64,000 nt of DNA, taken from positions 32,001 through 96,000 of IMG/VR virus record IMGVR_UViG_3300013947_000002; one strand, written 5' to 3'. The notes beneath the pieces are model-generated. The model saw only the letters and a list, made by a program, of their open reading frames with translations, was not told the origin of the DNA and searched no databases. Both the position numbers and the translations under genes were made by a program. Position 1 is the first letter of the stretch. The number at the start of each line of letters is the position of its first letter. Of this stretch, positions 26,918-36,300 are shown piece after piece. Source of the DNA: a virus.

Positions 26918-27193
26918 ATGACAAAGAAGGAACTAATCAAGTATGTTGCTGGCTCGACCGAGCATACCATTAAGGACACAGAAGAAATTGTTGATGAATT
27001 TATCGACTATGTCAAGAATGCGCTGATTGAGCATGAGGATGTAACCATCCACGGCTTCGGCACATTCAAGACCAAGCTACGCGATGCTCGTACAGCTAGA
27101 AACCCCCAGACCGGTGAAACCATTGAAGTCCCTGCCAAGTATGCACTGGCATTTAAGCCGACAAGCACATTCAAGGCGGCTATCAATGAGTGA
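26918..27193 (+). CDS. hup: HU-type DNA-binding protein
   Basis: MTKKELIKYVA...VTIHGFGTFKTKLRDARTARNPQTGETIEVPAKYALAFKPTSTFKAAI is the canonical HU signature. Confidence 0.9.
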   Translation: MTKKELIKYVAGSTEHTIKDTEEIVDEFIDYVKNALIEHEDVTIHGFGTFKTKLRDARTARNPQTGETIEVPAKYALAFKPTSTFKAAINE

Positions 27194-27207
27194 ATAATCC
27201 TCCTGTT

Positions 27208-27244
27208 AAAAATCCCTATGGTCGAAAGATTGTAGGGATTTTTC
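27208..27244 (+). terminator. intrinsic terminator
   Basis: aaaaatcccta ... tagggattttt. Confidence 0.75.
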
Positions 27245-27256
27245 TAAAAATAACCC

Positions 27257-27285
27257 TTGACAAATCGCCGCTGTGGTGCTATACT
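27257..27285 (+). promoter_or_regulatory. sigma70-type promoter
   Basis: TTGACA 27257-62, 17 nt spacer, TATACT 27280-85. Confidence 0.65.
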
Positions 27286-27314
27286 TAAACCATCAAATAA
27301 AGGAGCTGAATGAT

Positions 27315-28151
27315 ATGAACGAACTATTTATTATGTCGCTTAAAGCAAAGCATCGTAGTGAGGGTACCATTCGCGAATATACCAAGGCGATCGAGAACTG
27401 CTTGTCGTATGTCAAGAAGCCTGAAACCGACATCAAGCCGATTGACCTTGAGTTGTGGCAGTCCAGCATGAGCAATCTTAGCTCTGCATCCGTAGCACAG
27501 CGCACATCGGCTGTTCGCGAGTATTTCAAGTTCTTGTATCGCAATGAATTTATCAGTCGCAATCCTGCTGATATGCTTGAAGCGCCGAGTATCAAGAATC
27601 GTGAGCAGTCGGCTCTTGATGGAGAGCAGGTCAGAGCGATGATTAACGCCGCAACAAATCTGCGTAACAAGGCGATTATTACGATGCTGGCTCAGACCGG
27701 TCTTCGCATCCATGAGCTTGCCAATATCACGCTTGAGCAGTATCAGAGCCGCAATGGTAATGTGTTGGTCATTCGTGGTAAGGGTGATAAGGATAGGCTG
27801 GTTGGCCTGGCTGATGAGACGATCAAGCTGATTGATAGCTATATTGCTAATGAGCGCAAAGACGGCTGCGAATACCTGTTCGTCGGCAATCGCGGCAATA
27901 AGATGGACGGCAAGAACACCAGTGCTATGCTCAAGGTGTGCGCTAAGAAGGCTGGTATTGAGAATTGGGAGGAGTTGCATATCAGCAATCATACGATGCG
28001 CCGCACGTTTGCTACGATGATGTCCGAAGCCGACGTACCTATTGAGATAATTAGTAAGGCAATGGGGCACTCAGGTTTGGCTATCACGTCCAGATACATC
28101 AAGCGCACCGAGCAGAGAGCGGTCAATGCTATGGCTGTTATGAGTTTTTAA
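27315..28151 (+). CDS. tyrosine recombinase/integrase (XerC/XerD-like)
   Basis: ATG 27315 behind aggag. GLRIHEL (Arg), HTMRRTFAT (HxxR), GHSGLAITSRYI (His...Tyr). Confidence 0.85.
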   Translation: MNELFIMSLKAKHRSEGTIREYTKAIENCLSYVKKPETDIKPIDLELWQSSMSNLSSASVAQRTSAVREYFKFLYRNEFISRNPADMLEAPSIKNREQSALDGEQVRAMINAATNLRNKAIITMLAQTGLRIHELANITLEQYQSRNGNVLVIRGKGDKDRLVGLADETIKLIDSYIANERKDGCEYLFVGNRGNKMDGKNTSAMLKVCAKKAGIENWEELHISNHTMRRTFATMMSEADVPIEIISKAMGHSGLAITSRYIKRTEQRAVNAMAVMSF

Positions 28152-28169
28152 GTTGAGGAGGATACAACA

Positions 28170-28724
28170 ATGATTCCGTATTCACTGTGGTTAGACGTAC
28201 TGAAAGAATTTGAAGAAAGGATGAAGAAAGACATGAAATTTGAGTACAAATTTTACGAAAAGAATCTAGCGCCAAAGTGGCTAGAGGGCGATTATGATCT
28301 TCATATTGAGGGCAATCGCATGGTTATGACGAGCAAGGATGGCAAGCAGGTTGAGACGCACTGCCATCCAGATGACGATTGGCAGTTACAGGTTGGGCTT
28401 GATGAGCTGAAGGATAGAATGGATAAGGCGAAGAAGCCAAGGGAGATTAAGGTTGGAGATGTTGTTAAAGTAAAGTTCCCGCAGAAGTATGGTTCTACAG
28501 ACTTGACAAGTTTCTTTGAAGAAAACAATATTCCTGTAGAGTGCATTATTCGTGTTGTTCAGGCTAATTCAAACCTTAATATGCCGTCCATTGATTACAA
28601 ATACCGCGTTTTGGCTATTGGATGTTTGTCTGCAAAGAGCGGCAAAAAATTGGCTTTAATCAAAAGCAATGTAACCGCATACCTGTATGTAGTTGACTAT
28701 GACAATCTGAGGTTAGTAGAATGA
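28170..28724 (+). CDS. hypothetical protein
   Basis: Track ORF with SD gaggagg. Confidence 0.5.
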   Translation: MIPYSLWLDVLKEFEERMKKDMKFEYKFYEKNLAPKWLEGDYDLHIEGNRMVMTSKDGKQVETHCHPDDDWQLQVGLDELKDRMDKAKKPREIKVGDVVKVKFPQKYGSTDLTSFFEENNIPVECIIRVVQANSNLNMPSIDYKYRVLAIGCLSAKSGKKLALIKSNVTAYLYVVDYDNLRLVE

Positions 28725-29017
28725 TCGAGATGCACAATGAGGTCGTGGAGGCCGTTGTAGAGCAGTACAAGGGCGCTGATGAGGATATTGCGGCTGATTG
28801 CTTGGTATATTTATCTAGCCTAAAAGTCCTGCCATTAGCGTACACAGCGACCACGGCACTAGAATCAATGGGGCGATGCCCTACTTGCGGCTGTAAGCTA
28901 GAGTCATACACTCATAGGGTGTATCATAGCGAAGTTGATGAGCCGCCGTATTATGAGTCAGTCACAGAGGTATATTGCCCATATTGCGACATCAGAGGAG
29001 GAGATTATGTCGGATAA
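28721..29017 (+). CDS. hypothetical zinc-ribbon protein
   Basis: CPTCGC...CPYCD. Confidence 0.45.
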   Translation: MIEMHNEVVEAVVEQYKGADEDIAADCLVYLSSLKVLPLAYTATTALESMGRCPTCGCKLESYTHRVYHSEVDEPPYYESVTEVYCPYCDIRGGDYVG

Positions 29018-29216
29018 TAAATTACATGACGTACTGAAAGCCGAACTTGAGCCTAAATTTCAGAGCTATTTCAATCAGGGCTTGATGACCGGCTGGGATG
29101 CTTGTATCTATGAGATTGACAAGCTGACGAACGGCCTGACTTCTGCCAAAGCAATCAAAGAGGTAATTAAGCGCAAGGTGGCTGAAGCCAATACAAGAGG
29201 AAAGAAGAATGGATGA
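29007..29216 (+). CDS. hypothetical protein
   Basis: ATG 29007 behind ggagga. Confidence 0.45.
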   Translation: MSDNKLHDVLKAELEPKFQSYFNQGLMTGWDACIYEIDKLTNGLTSAKAIKEVIKRKVAEANTRGKKNG

Positions 29217-29288
29217 TGTATGGCGGCTGGGTGTGTTTATGCTTCTATGGCTCGGCTTAATGTTCTATGAAATCAAGAAAGGTGATGT

Positions 29289-29558
29289 ATGAAAGACAAA
29301 AATCATCTATTGCCACTGTGGATTGCTGGCGGCTCGATATTATTTGTATCAGCCGCTATGCCGCTTATTGACTCTATGGTTACATGGATTTCATCGGCTA
29401 TTAATGCGCATATTAACCGTATGCAGATTGACTTAGAGCTTGACCAAAGAGAGGCACAGGCTGCTGCTGAGACGATTAAGCCAACACCTCAGATGACACA
29501 AGCCATTGGGTTTCATGTTGATTCTGAATCTGAATATGAGGATGATGATTATGAGTAA
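29289..29558 (+). CDS. hypothetical membrane-anchored protein
   Basis: N-terminal TM segment, acidic tail. Confidence 0.45.
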   Translation: MKDKNHLLPLWIAGGSILFVSAAMPLIDSMVTWISSAINAHINRMQIDLELDQREAQAAAETIKPTPQMTQAIGFHVDSESEYEDDDYE

Positions 29559-29748
29559 ACGCCCCTGCCACGTCTGGCAAATCCCATGTATGCGTTGTGA
29601 TTATCAATCTGATTGCGATAAGTACGTGAAAATTGATAATCGCATGGTTGCACAAAGAGAAAAAATGTGGAATGATGCCGATTTGAATTGTATGGACTGC
29701 ATCTTGAGGACGGTGCTGAAGATGAAGAAGGAGGGCAAGACGGCGTAA
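29551..29748 (+). CDS. hypothetical Cys-rich protein
   Basis: ATGA-coupled; internal ATG of track ORF 29506..29748. Confidence 0.4.
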   Translation: MSKRPCHVWQIPCMRCDYQSDCDKYVKIDNRMVAQREKMWNDADLNCMDCILRTVLKMKKEGKTA

Positions 29749-30071
29749 TGGAATGGATTGAAAAAATTGTATGGCATGAGGTTGTGAGTAGACCGCCTAC
29801 TGAACAAGAAAATGAATGGGCGGCTGAATGTGGACTTGCCGAATCAGAATATCCACCATACGTCTTTGACTGTGAAATGCCAGATGATAACCGTGATATT
29901 CTAGTATTGGGAAAAAGTGGCGATGTGTGGCAGGACACCTGCATGGCTGACGATGGATACGCTGGCTACAATTCGCTATATCTGGATAATCATGGCGATT
30001 GGGATGATGTTGTAGCATGGGCTTATATGCCCACTGGCAAGAGAGATATGGAGGCGGCTGATGCCAGCTAA
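29748..30071 (+). CDS. hypothetical protein
   Basis: TAATG-coupled; internal ATG of track ORF 29688..30071. Confidence 0.45.
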   Translation: MEWIEKIVWHEVVSRPPTEQENEWAAECGLAESEYPPYVFDCEMPDDNRDILVLGKSGDVWQDTCMADDGYAGYNSLYLDNHGDWDDVVAWAYMPTGKRDMEAADAS

Positions 30072-30089
30072 ATCATCTGAAAATAATTC

Positions 30090-30118
30090 TTGACATCTAG
30101 TTGATTCTGTGGTATAAT
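30090..30118 (+). promoter_or_regulatory. sigma70-type promoter of a free-standing homing-endonuclease cassette
   Basis: TTGACA 30090-95, 17 nt spacer, TGgTATAAT (30113-18). Confidence 0.7.
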
Positions 30119-30205
30119 ATAATAGAGGTGAGAAGTGGGTGCGCACCTACGATCTTTAAGGGAAGGTTGCTTGTCTCAATCTTCCCTACTCTAATAAATT
30201 AAATT
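30119..30205 (+). promoter_or_regulatory. conserved structured 5' leader (copy B), shared with 37207-37290
   Basis: Shared blocks TAGAGGT, TTTAAG, CTACTCTAA and ATTAAAT. Hairpins 30135-50 and agggaaggttg/caatcttccct (30159-69/30177-87) differ in sequence from copy A but keep their pairing. Confidence 0.55.
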
Positions 30206-30228
30206 CTTAGACAAGGAGAATATTAAAT

Positions 30229-30855
30229 ATTAAGAAATTTGGTAAAGAACATCCTAATTTTAAGGGGAATGAGTGGCGTATCGATGGTAATGTTGCAATC
30301 GGTATAGATGCTAGAGGGAATGAATTTTTGATTGATATCGCAGACATGGACGCTGTGAGTTATCATAGATGGAGTGGGCGAGATAAATCATCAAGACGTG
30401 CTTTGGGTGGCATTTATTTTACTGCTAGAATGTCGCGTACAGCACCTACTGGCAACAAAATTAAAATGTTGCAGAATTTTATATGGGAGATACATAATGG
30501 TGAAATTCCTGATGGATATATGGTTGATCATATAAATATGAAGCCCTATGATAACCGCTATTCTAATTTGCGCCTAGCCAATAAGAGTGTCAACGCTTTT
30601 AATGCACAGCGCATAAACAAAGTAAGCAATTGTGGTATTGTAGGCGTTATGAAGGTCAAAGATAATACTAAATATAAAGCTGGTCAATACCGCGCGTATA
30701 TTTCATACGGTGGTAAACGACATGAATTAGGATATTATAAAAATATAGAAGACGCAATTATCGAACGGCTCAAAGCAGAGCTTGAGCATTTTGGAGAAAT
30801 TTGTCCAAATAATAGAGAGTTATATAAAGAGTATGAGGATAGAGTGAATGGTTAA
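30229..30855 (+). CDS. free-standing HNH homing endonuclease with AP2-like DNA-binding domain
   Basis: DHINMKPYDNRYSNLRLANKSVNAFN (HNH), then GVMKVKDNTKYKAGQYRAYISYGGKRHELGYY (AP2-like). The frame is open from 30211 and the N-terminal IKKFGKEHPNFKGNEWRIDG looks coding. No ATG there; probable ATT start 10 nt after aaggag (track TTG 30328 is the alternative). Confidence 0.7.
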   Translation: MKKFGKEHPNFKGNEWRIDGNVAIGIDARGNEFLIDIADMDAVSYHRWSGRDKSSRRALGGIYFTARMSRTAPTGNKIKMLQNFIWEIHNGEIPDGYMVDHINMKPYDNRYSNLRLANKSVNAFNAQRINKVSNCGIVGVMKVKDNTKYKAGQYRAYISYGGKRHELGYYKNIEDAIIERLKAELEHFGEICPNNRELYKEYEDRVNG

Positions 30856-32254
30856 TAAAGGCGCATCTAGGCCATATCTAAAATGCATCGGCGCATCGGC
30901 TGTTGGTGTTACTCAATCATGCTATATGGTTCGTTTTCAAAAATACTGTATTATGTTAGATTGCGGCATTTACCAAGAGAGCGACATCCTTACTAATTAC
31001 AGACAGAATCAAGCGTTGCTTAAAAAGATTAAGCCAAGAGAGGTGGATTGGCTTATTTTACATGAGGCTCATGCCGATCACACATGTCTTGTTCCGGCTC
31101 TATATGCTAAAGGATGTCAAGCTCATATCATATGCCCAAAAGGAACTACGGCTTATCTTAAGGTGTTATGGGAAGATTCTTGTAAAATAATGACGCAGGA
31201 TTGTCAAAAGATTACAAACAAGCACGGGATTAAAGCTGCGCCATTATATACACCGGATGATATTGCGACAGCTCTTAGTAGATGTATCGAAGTCGAGGCA
31301 TTGACAAAATACAACTTAACACCTAATATTGTACTAACATATTATCCAGCCAATCACATTATCAATTCGTGCCAATTATCACTTGTAATGACGCAAGGCT
31401 ATCAACGTAAAGTGTTAAATTTTACTGGTGATATTGGAGGAAAAACGTCGCAGTTTTATCTTGAGTCAAGAGTTGATTTGCCGTTCTGCGACGTGCTGCT
31501 TGGTGAAAACACATATAATGCCATTGGGCGCAACAACAAGCCGTATGATAGGCAGAAAGATTTAGATAAGATTGAAGCCGTTCTTAATCAGTCTAAACGA
31601 ACACTGTTCCCTGTATTTGCATTAGGTCGATGCCAAAGTATATTAACTATACTATACCAGTTGTGGAAAGATAACAAGATTCCGCACGATGTTCAAGTAT
31701 ATGTAGATTCGCCTATGGCCCAAAAGATATGTGCTTTATATCCAGAAGACGATGTGCTGTGGAATGAAGTATATCATTGGGATAAATTGCAGTTTGTGCC
31801 TGACCACGCAACTACATTATTACTTCAAAATACAAAACCAACTCATCCTATGGTGGTTTGCTCGTCTGCGGGTATGCTATCGGGCGGTAAGAGTATATCA
31901 TGGGCTAAGGCGTTACTGCCAGACCCAAATGCCCATATTATGTTCTGCGGTTATAGCTCTGAAAATACGCTTGCTTCAAAGATTAGATTTGGTGAGAGAA
32001 AGATTAGTATTGAAGGTGACGTGGTTGAGAACAATGCTAATATCACGGAGCTTGTGTCATTCTCGTCTCATGCCTCGCGCGATGAATTGATTAATTATTA
32101 CGCAAATACGTTGCGTTTCAACAAGCTCTGCCTGGTACATGGCAATTATGACAATAAAGTCGAATTTGCCCATACTCTACAAGATGCGCTTGTTAAACAG
32201 GGTAAATCAAATAGGGTTGTAGTGACCCAACAAGACCAGAGAATTTTTATCTGA
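30848..32254 (+). CDS. metallo-beta-lactamase fold beta-CASP nuclease (RNase J/CPSF/SNM1-like)
   Basis: LHEAHADHTCLVP, SSAGMLSGGKS, FSSHASRDEL and LVHGN motifs in beta-CASP order. Confidence 0.75.
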   Translation: MVNKGASRPYLKCIGASAVGVTQSCYMVRFQKYCIMLDCGIYQESDILTNYRQNQALLKKIKPREVDWLILHEAHADHTCLVPALYAKGCQAHIICPKGTTAYLKVLWEDSCKIMTQDCQKITNKHGIKAAPLYTPDDIATALSRCIEVEALTKYNLTPNIVLTYYPANHIINSCQLSLVMTQGYQRKVLNFTGDIGGKTSQFYLESRVDLPFCDVLLGENTYNAIGRNNKPYDRQKDLDKIEAVLNQSKRTLFPVFALGRCQSILTILYQLWKDNKIPHDVQVYVDSPMAQKICALYPEDDVLWNEVYHWDKLQFVPDHATTLLLQNTKPTHPMVVCSSAGMLSGGKSISWAKALLPDPNAHIMFCGYSSENTLASKIRFGERKISIEGDVVENNANITELVSFSSHASRDELINYYANTLRFNKLCLVHGNYDNKVEFAHTLQDALVKQGKSNRVVVTQQDQRIFI

Positions 32255-32274
32255 AAAAATTAAATAAAACCCTA

Positions 32275-32329
32275 TTGACAACCGCTCTAATCTATGATAT
32301 AATCCAAGTATCAAATGAAAGGAGCGGTT
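32275..32329 (+). promoter_or_regulatory. nested promoter + SD-occluding hairpin cassette
   Basis: TTGACA 32275-80, 17 nt spacer, TATAAT 32298-303. The left arm aaccgctc (32280-87) lies in the spacer. The right arm gagcggtt (32322-29) overlaps SD aaaggag. Confidence 0.6.
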
Positions 32330-32398
32330 GTTATTATGACCACTGAAAAACTGTATGACGCAATCAAGACATGACGCGATTCTTGTAATGCTGAGGGT

Positions 32399-32983
32399 AT
32401 GACCAGTACGGCGTTTGAGATGAATAAGGTGATGGAGCAACTCGAATCCGATATGCTCCTTGCTGAAGCGAAGAAATCCGGCACTAAGCCGATTGTCACA
32501 GCGGCGAATCGGATTATCAAGAATGCACAGACTATGCCGAGAGAAATGTTGTGGGGTATGTTCACCAATCAGAACGAGGACGGCTCGACCTTATATTGTG
32601 TATGCGATGGTTATGTGGCTGTGCGGTTTAAGGAAAAGCCGCTCCTGCCTGAGATTGATAGTAAATATCATGGGCAAGAAATGCAACTTGAGCAGATTAT
32701 TAAAAAGGGCGATGGAGCTAGAGAAATTGGCCTGCCTGATATTGGCGAACTCAAGGTATATGTCAAAACGCATAAAATCAAGAAAACAAAAACAACTGAG
32801 GCTGGATTTGAGCCGTATCTGCTCAATGAAGAAATTGGCTTGTGGGTCAATCCTCAGTATTTGCTGAACGGCATGGAGTGCTTGCCTGATTGCAAGGCAT
32901 ATGCTACTAATGCGATTAGCGGCGTATATATGGAGTCTAAAAATGGCGATGGGCTGGTATTGCCGGTGAGAAAGAATAAATAA
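32399..32983 (+). CDS. hypothetical protein (possible sliding-clamp-like C-terminus); in-frame leader ORF upstream
   Basis: Track ORF. The C-terminal GLVLPVRKNK is reminiscent of the DnaN end (weak). The strong SD serves ATG 32336, which is in frame but separated by TGA 32372-74. Confidence 0.5.
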   Translation: MTSTAFEMNKVMEQLESDMLLAEAKKSGTKPIVTAANRIIKNAQTMPREMLWGMFTNQNEDGSTLYCVCDGYVAVRFKEKPLLPEIDSKYHGQEMQLEQIIKKGDGAREIGLPDIGELKVYVKTHKIKKTKTTEAGFEPYLLNEEIGLWVNPQYLLNGMECLPDCKAYATNAISGVYMESKNGDGLVLPVRKNK

Positions 32984-32997
32984 GGAGGATTGAAAAT

Positions 32998-33318
32998 ATG
33001 GAATACAATATTGGGGATATTATCAAGCTCAAGAATGATGCTGGTGTATTTAAGGTTGAAATTAAGAGAAAAATGGAAACAAATCAAGCCATTCAAGGAT
33101 ATGACGATGATTGCAGGTTTGATGGCGAGATGCGGCTCGAGGTGCATCATAGGGATTATGGTGAATATATCATCACTATGACGAGCCGTGAAGAATCTAA
33201 CGACACTGGTAGAATTATTGTATGCTGGCTTAATACTTGTAACGACGAGGTTGAATATTATCTTGGGCAGATTATTCAGTACGAAGAAAAAGAAGACGTG
33301 TTCGAGCTGATGAAGTGA
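32998..33318 (+). CDS. hypothetical protein
   Basis: Track ORF with SD aaggagg. Confidence 0.5.
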   Translation: MEYNIGDIIKLKNDAGVFKVEIKRKMETNQAIQGYDDDCRFDGEMRLEVHHRDYGEYIITMTSREESNDTGRIIVCWLNTCNDEVEYYLGQIIQYEEKEDVFELMK

Positions 33319-36300
33319 TGAGTAAGAATTATACGATTCTTCACCTTCATTCCATGCTGTCTAACGGTGTAACTAATATTGATTCAGTCACACGGTACGA
33401 CCAATATATAAATCGTGCCGCAGAGCTTGGCATGAAGGCTATTGCGTTCAGTGAACATGGGTCTGTTTTTCAGTGGGTTAGGAAAAAATTGTACGCCGAA
33501 GAAATGGGCTTAAAATTTATTGCAGCTGAAGAATTTTATCTAACTCAAACCCTATCAGAAAAAATTCGCGACAACTATCACTGTCTGCTTATCGCCAAGA
33601 ATTATGATGGCGTACTAGAGCTAAACAAGTTATCAACTAAATCATTCAATCGTGATGATAATTCATTCTACTATGTTCCGCGAATCACGATTGATGATGT
33701 GAAAAATACAAGCGACAATATTATCGTAAGCACGGCTTGCTTGGGCGGCGTTCTTAATAAAGCGCCAGATGATGTCAGATGGGATTTTTATCATTGGTTA
33801 TGTGAGCATAAAGATCGCTGTTTCCTTGAGATTCAGCCCCATCTTGACCCGGCTCAAAAGAGCTACAATAACACGCTATGGGCGCTATCCAAACAGAGCG
33901 GATTGCGGTTGTTAATGTGTACTGACACCCATGCGCTCAATTCTACCCATGTAGATGGGCGGCGCATTTTGCAGAAAGCCAAGAATATTCACTTTGATGG
34001 CGAAGACCGGTTTCACCTTGAGATGATGAACTACGATGAACTAGTTCAGCTATGCCGTATGCAAGATGTGCTTCCCATGGATGTGTATCTGGACGCTATC
34101 GAGATGACCAATACTGTGGCTGATATGGTTGAGCCGTTCGAGCTTGATTATAGCTATAAATATCCTCATCTATGGGGCGATGATAGCGAGGCTGTGCTTA
34201 GAGCTAAGATAGCAGATGGCATTAAATGGCGCGGCGTTGATAAACTATCTAATTATCAAGAATACCTAGACCGCATTGAATATGAAATGAAGGCGTACAT
34301 TCATAACGGCGCCATTGACTTTATGCTGCTCATGGAAGATATTGTTACTTGGTGTAGAACGCAAGATATTCAGATTGGATATGGGCGCGGCTCTTGCACC
34401 GGCAGTTTGATTGCTTACCTGCTTGGCATTACTGAGATGGATAGCATTAAGCATAAGCTTAATTTCGATCGCTTCATGAATGTCGAGCGCGTATCATTGT
34501 CTGATATCGACTCGGATATACCGCCTAACAGAATTGATGAAGTAAAGAATTATGTATTTAACAAGCATGGGTTGTATTGTGCCGATATTGTTACATTTAA
34601 TACCATTGCTCTAAAGGGTGCTATTCGGGATGTTGGTAGGGCACTTGAAATGTCGCTTGATGAGGTGGGCGATATTTGCAATAAGGTTGAACAAGACGAG
34701 GCCGGATGCCGCGCCAAATACCCAGAGCTATTTAAGTATGTAGATATTGTTAATGGTTGTGTTGTATCGGTTGGCAACCATCCATCAGGAATGATTGTTG
34801 CGCCGCATAGCATTGATGACTGCATGGGGTTATTTACTACAACAACCGATACCGTGCCAATCAGCCAAATCAATATGAAAGAGGTTGACTTGCAGAATTA
34901 TGTAAAGCTCGACTTGTTAAAGCTGATTACGATACAGATTATCAATGAGACGTGTAAGATGTGTGGAATTGAGCGCTTAACACCTGATAATATTGATGTT
35001 GCAGACAACGCCGTGTGGCGTTCTATCAGAGATGATACGACAGCAATATTTCAGTGGGAATCAGGCAGCGCAAGGCAGTATATAGCCAAGTTGCTATCAG
35101 ATACAACCATTGCCAAGTTGCGCAAGGTTCAGCCAGATATCGACTATATCACATTGCTGTCTATGGGCAATGGTGCGATTCGTCCTGCTGGTGCATCATA
35201 CCGCGATGAGCTTGCCAATGGCGATGTTCGCACATATGACAATGAGGCTATTAACCATTTCATGTCTGATACGTTCGGCTTTCTTATCTTCCAATGCCAG
35301 ATTATCGGATTTTTGCATAAATACTGCGGTTATACTATGGGCGAGGCCGATGTGGTGCGCCGCCATTTCGCCAAGAAGACGGGTACAGATAAGGATATAC
35401 CGCAAATTAAGGCTGGATTCGCTAAGACAATGGCTGAGCAATACGGCATGAGCCAAGAGCAATCTGATAAAACCATAGCGGATTTTATTCAGGTCATTGA
35501 GGATGCCAGCAATTACTTGTTCTCTCTCAACCATAGTCAGCCATATAGCTATGAGGGCTATGCAGAGGGATGGCTTAGATATTATTATCCGTTTCAGTTC
35601 TTGACAGTGTGCCTAAATGTCAATCAGGGCGACAATTCTGAGACATCGGCTCTGACCGCCTATGCTCATAAGATGGGCATTAAAATCAAGTCGCCGCGAT
35701 TCCGTCATTCTCGCTCGGATTATTTTTGCGATACTGCTGAAAATGTAATCTATAAGGGGCTTGGCTCAATTAAGTATATGAGCGCAGATGTGGCTGAAGC
35801 TCTGTATGGTATGCGCGATATGCAGTTTAAGAATTTTATTGATGTGCTGTTTGCCATCCAGCAGCTTGAATCAAAGCCTGATTCGCGCCAACTTGATATT
35901 CTAGTCAAGATCGGCTATTTTGACGAATTTGGCCCACCCAAAGCGCTATTGATTGGCATTGAGATTTTTAATAAATTTTCAAAATGCAAGACAATTAAAC
36001 TTGACAAATGGCGCGAAATAGGGTATAATGTAGATATGCTTGCGCCCTATGCCGGTAAGATGACGGATAAGACGGCGAGCCAGCTTGATAATCGTGGTAT
36101 TGTACTGGCCATCCTACGTTCAATGGAAATGCCAAAAACAACGATTATTGATAGGCTAAAATGGCAATCTGAGCTACTTGGCTATGTTGATACTTGTGAC
36201 CCTAAATCGCCCATTACAGATTGGCTTGTGCTTGATGTTAAGACAACTGGTTATGGCACGGTATATTGCCGCCTGTATAATATCAGCATTGGCATTGAGC

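Noticed and set aside
27324-28070. 248-aa minus-strand ORF
   Set aside because: It is antisense to the integrase, whose R/HxxR/Y motifs are on the plus strand. It has no SD and a Leu/Ile/Ala-rich shadow-ORF composition.
30119-30205. Hammerhead or other known small self-cleaving ribozyme in the endonuclease leaders
   Set aside because: There is no CUGAUGA...GAAA core or other ribozyme signature I can recognise. Only the generic three-way-junction shape is present.
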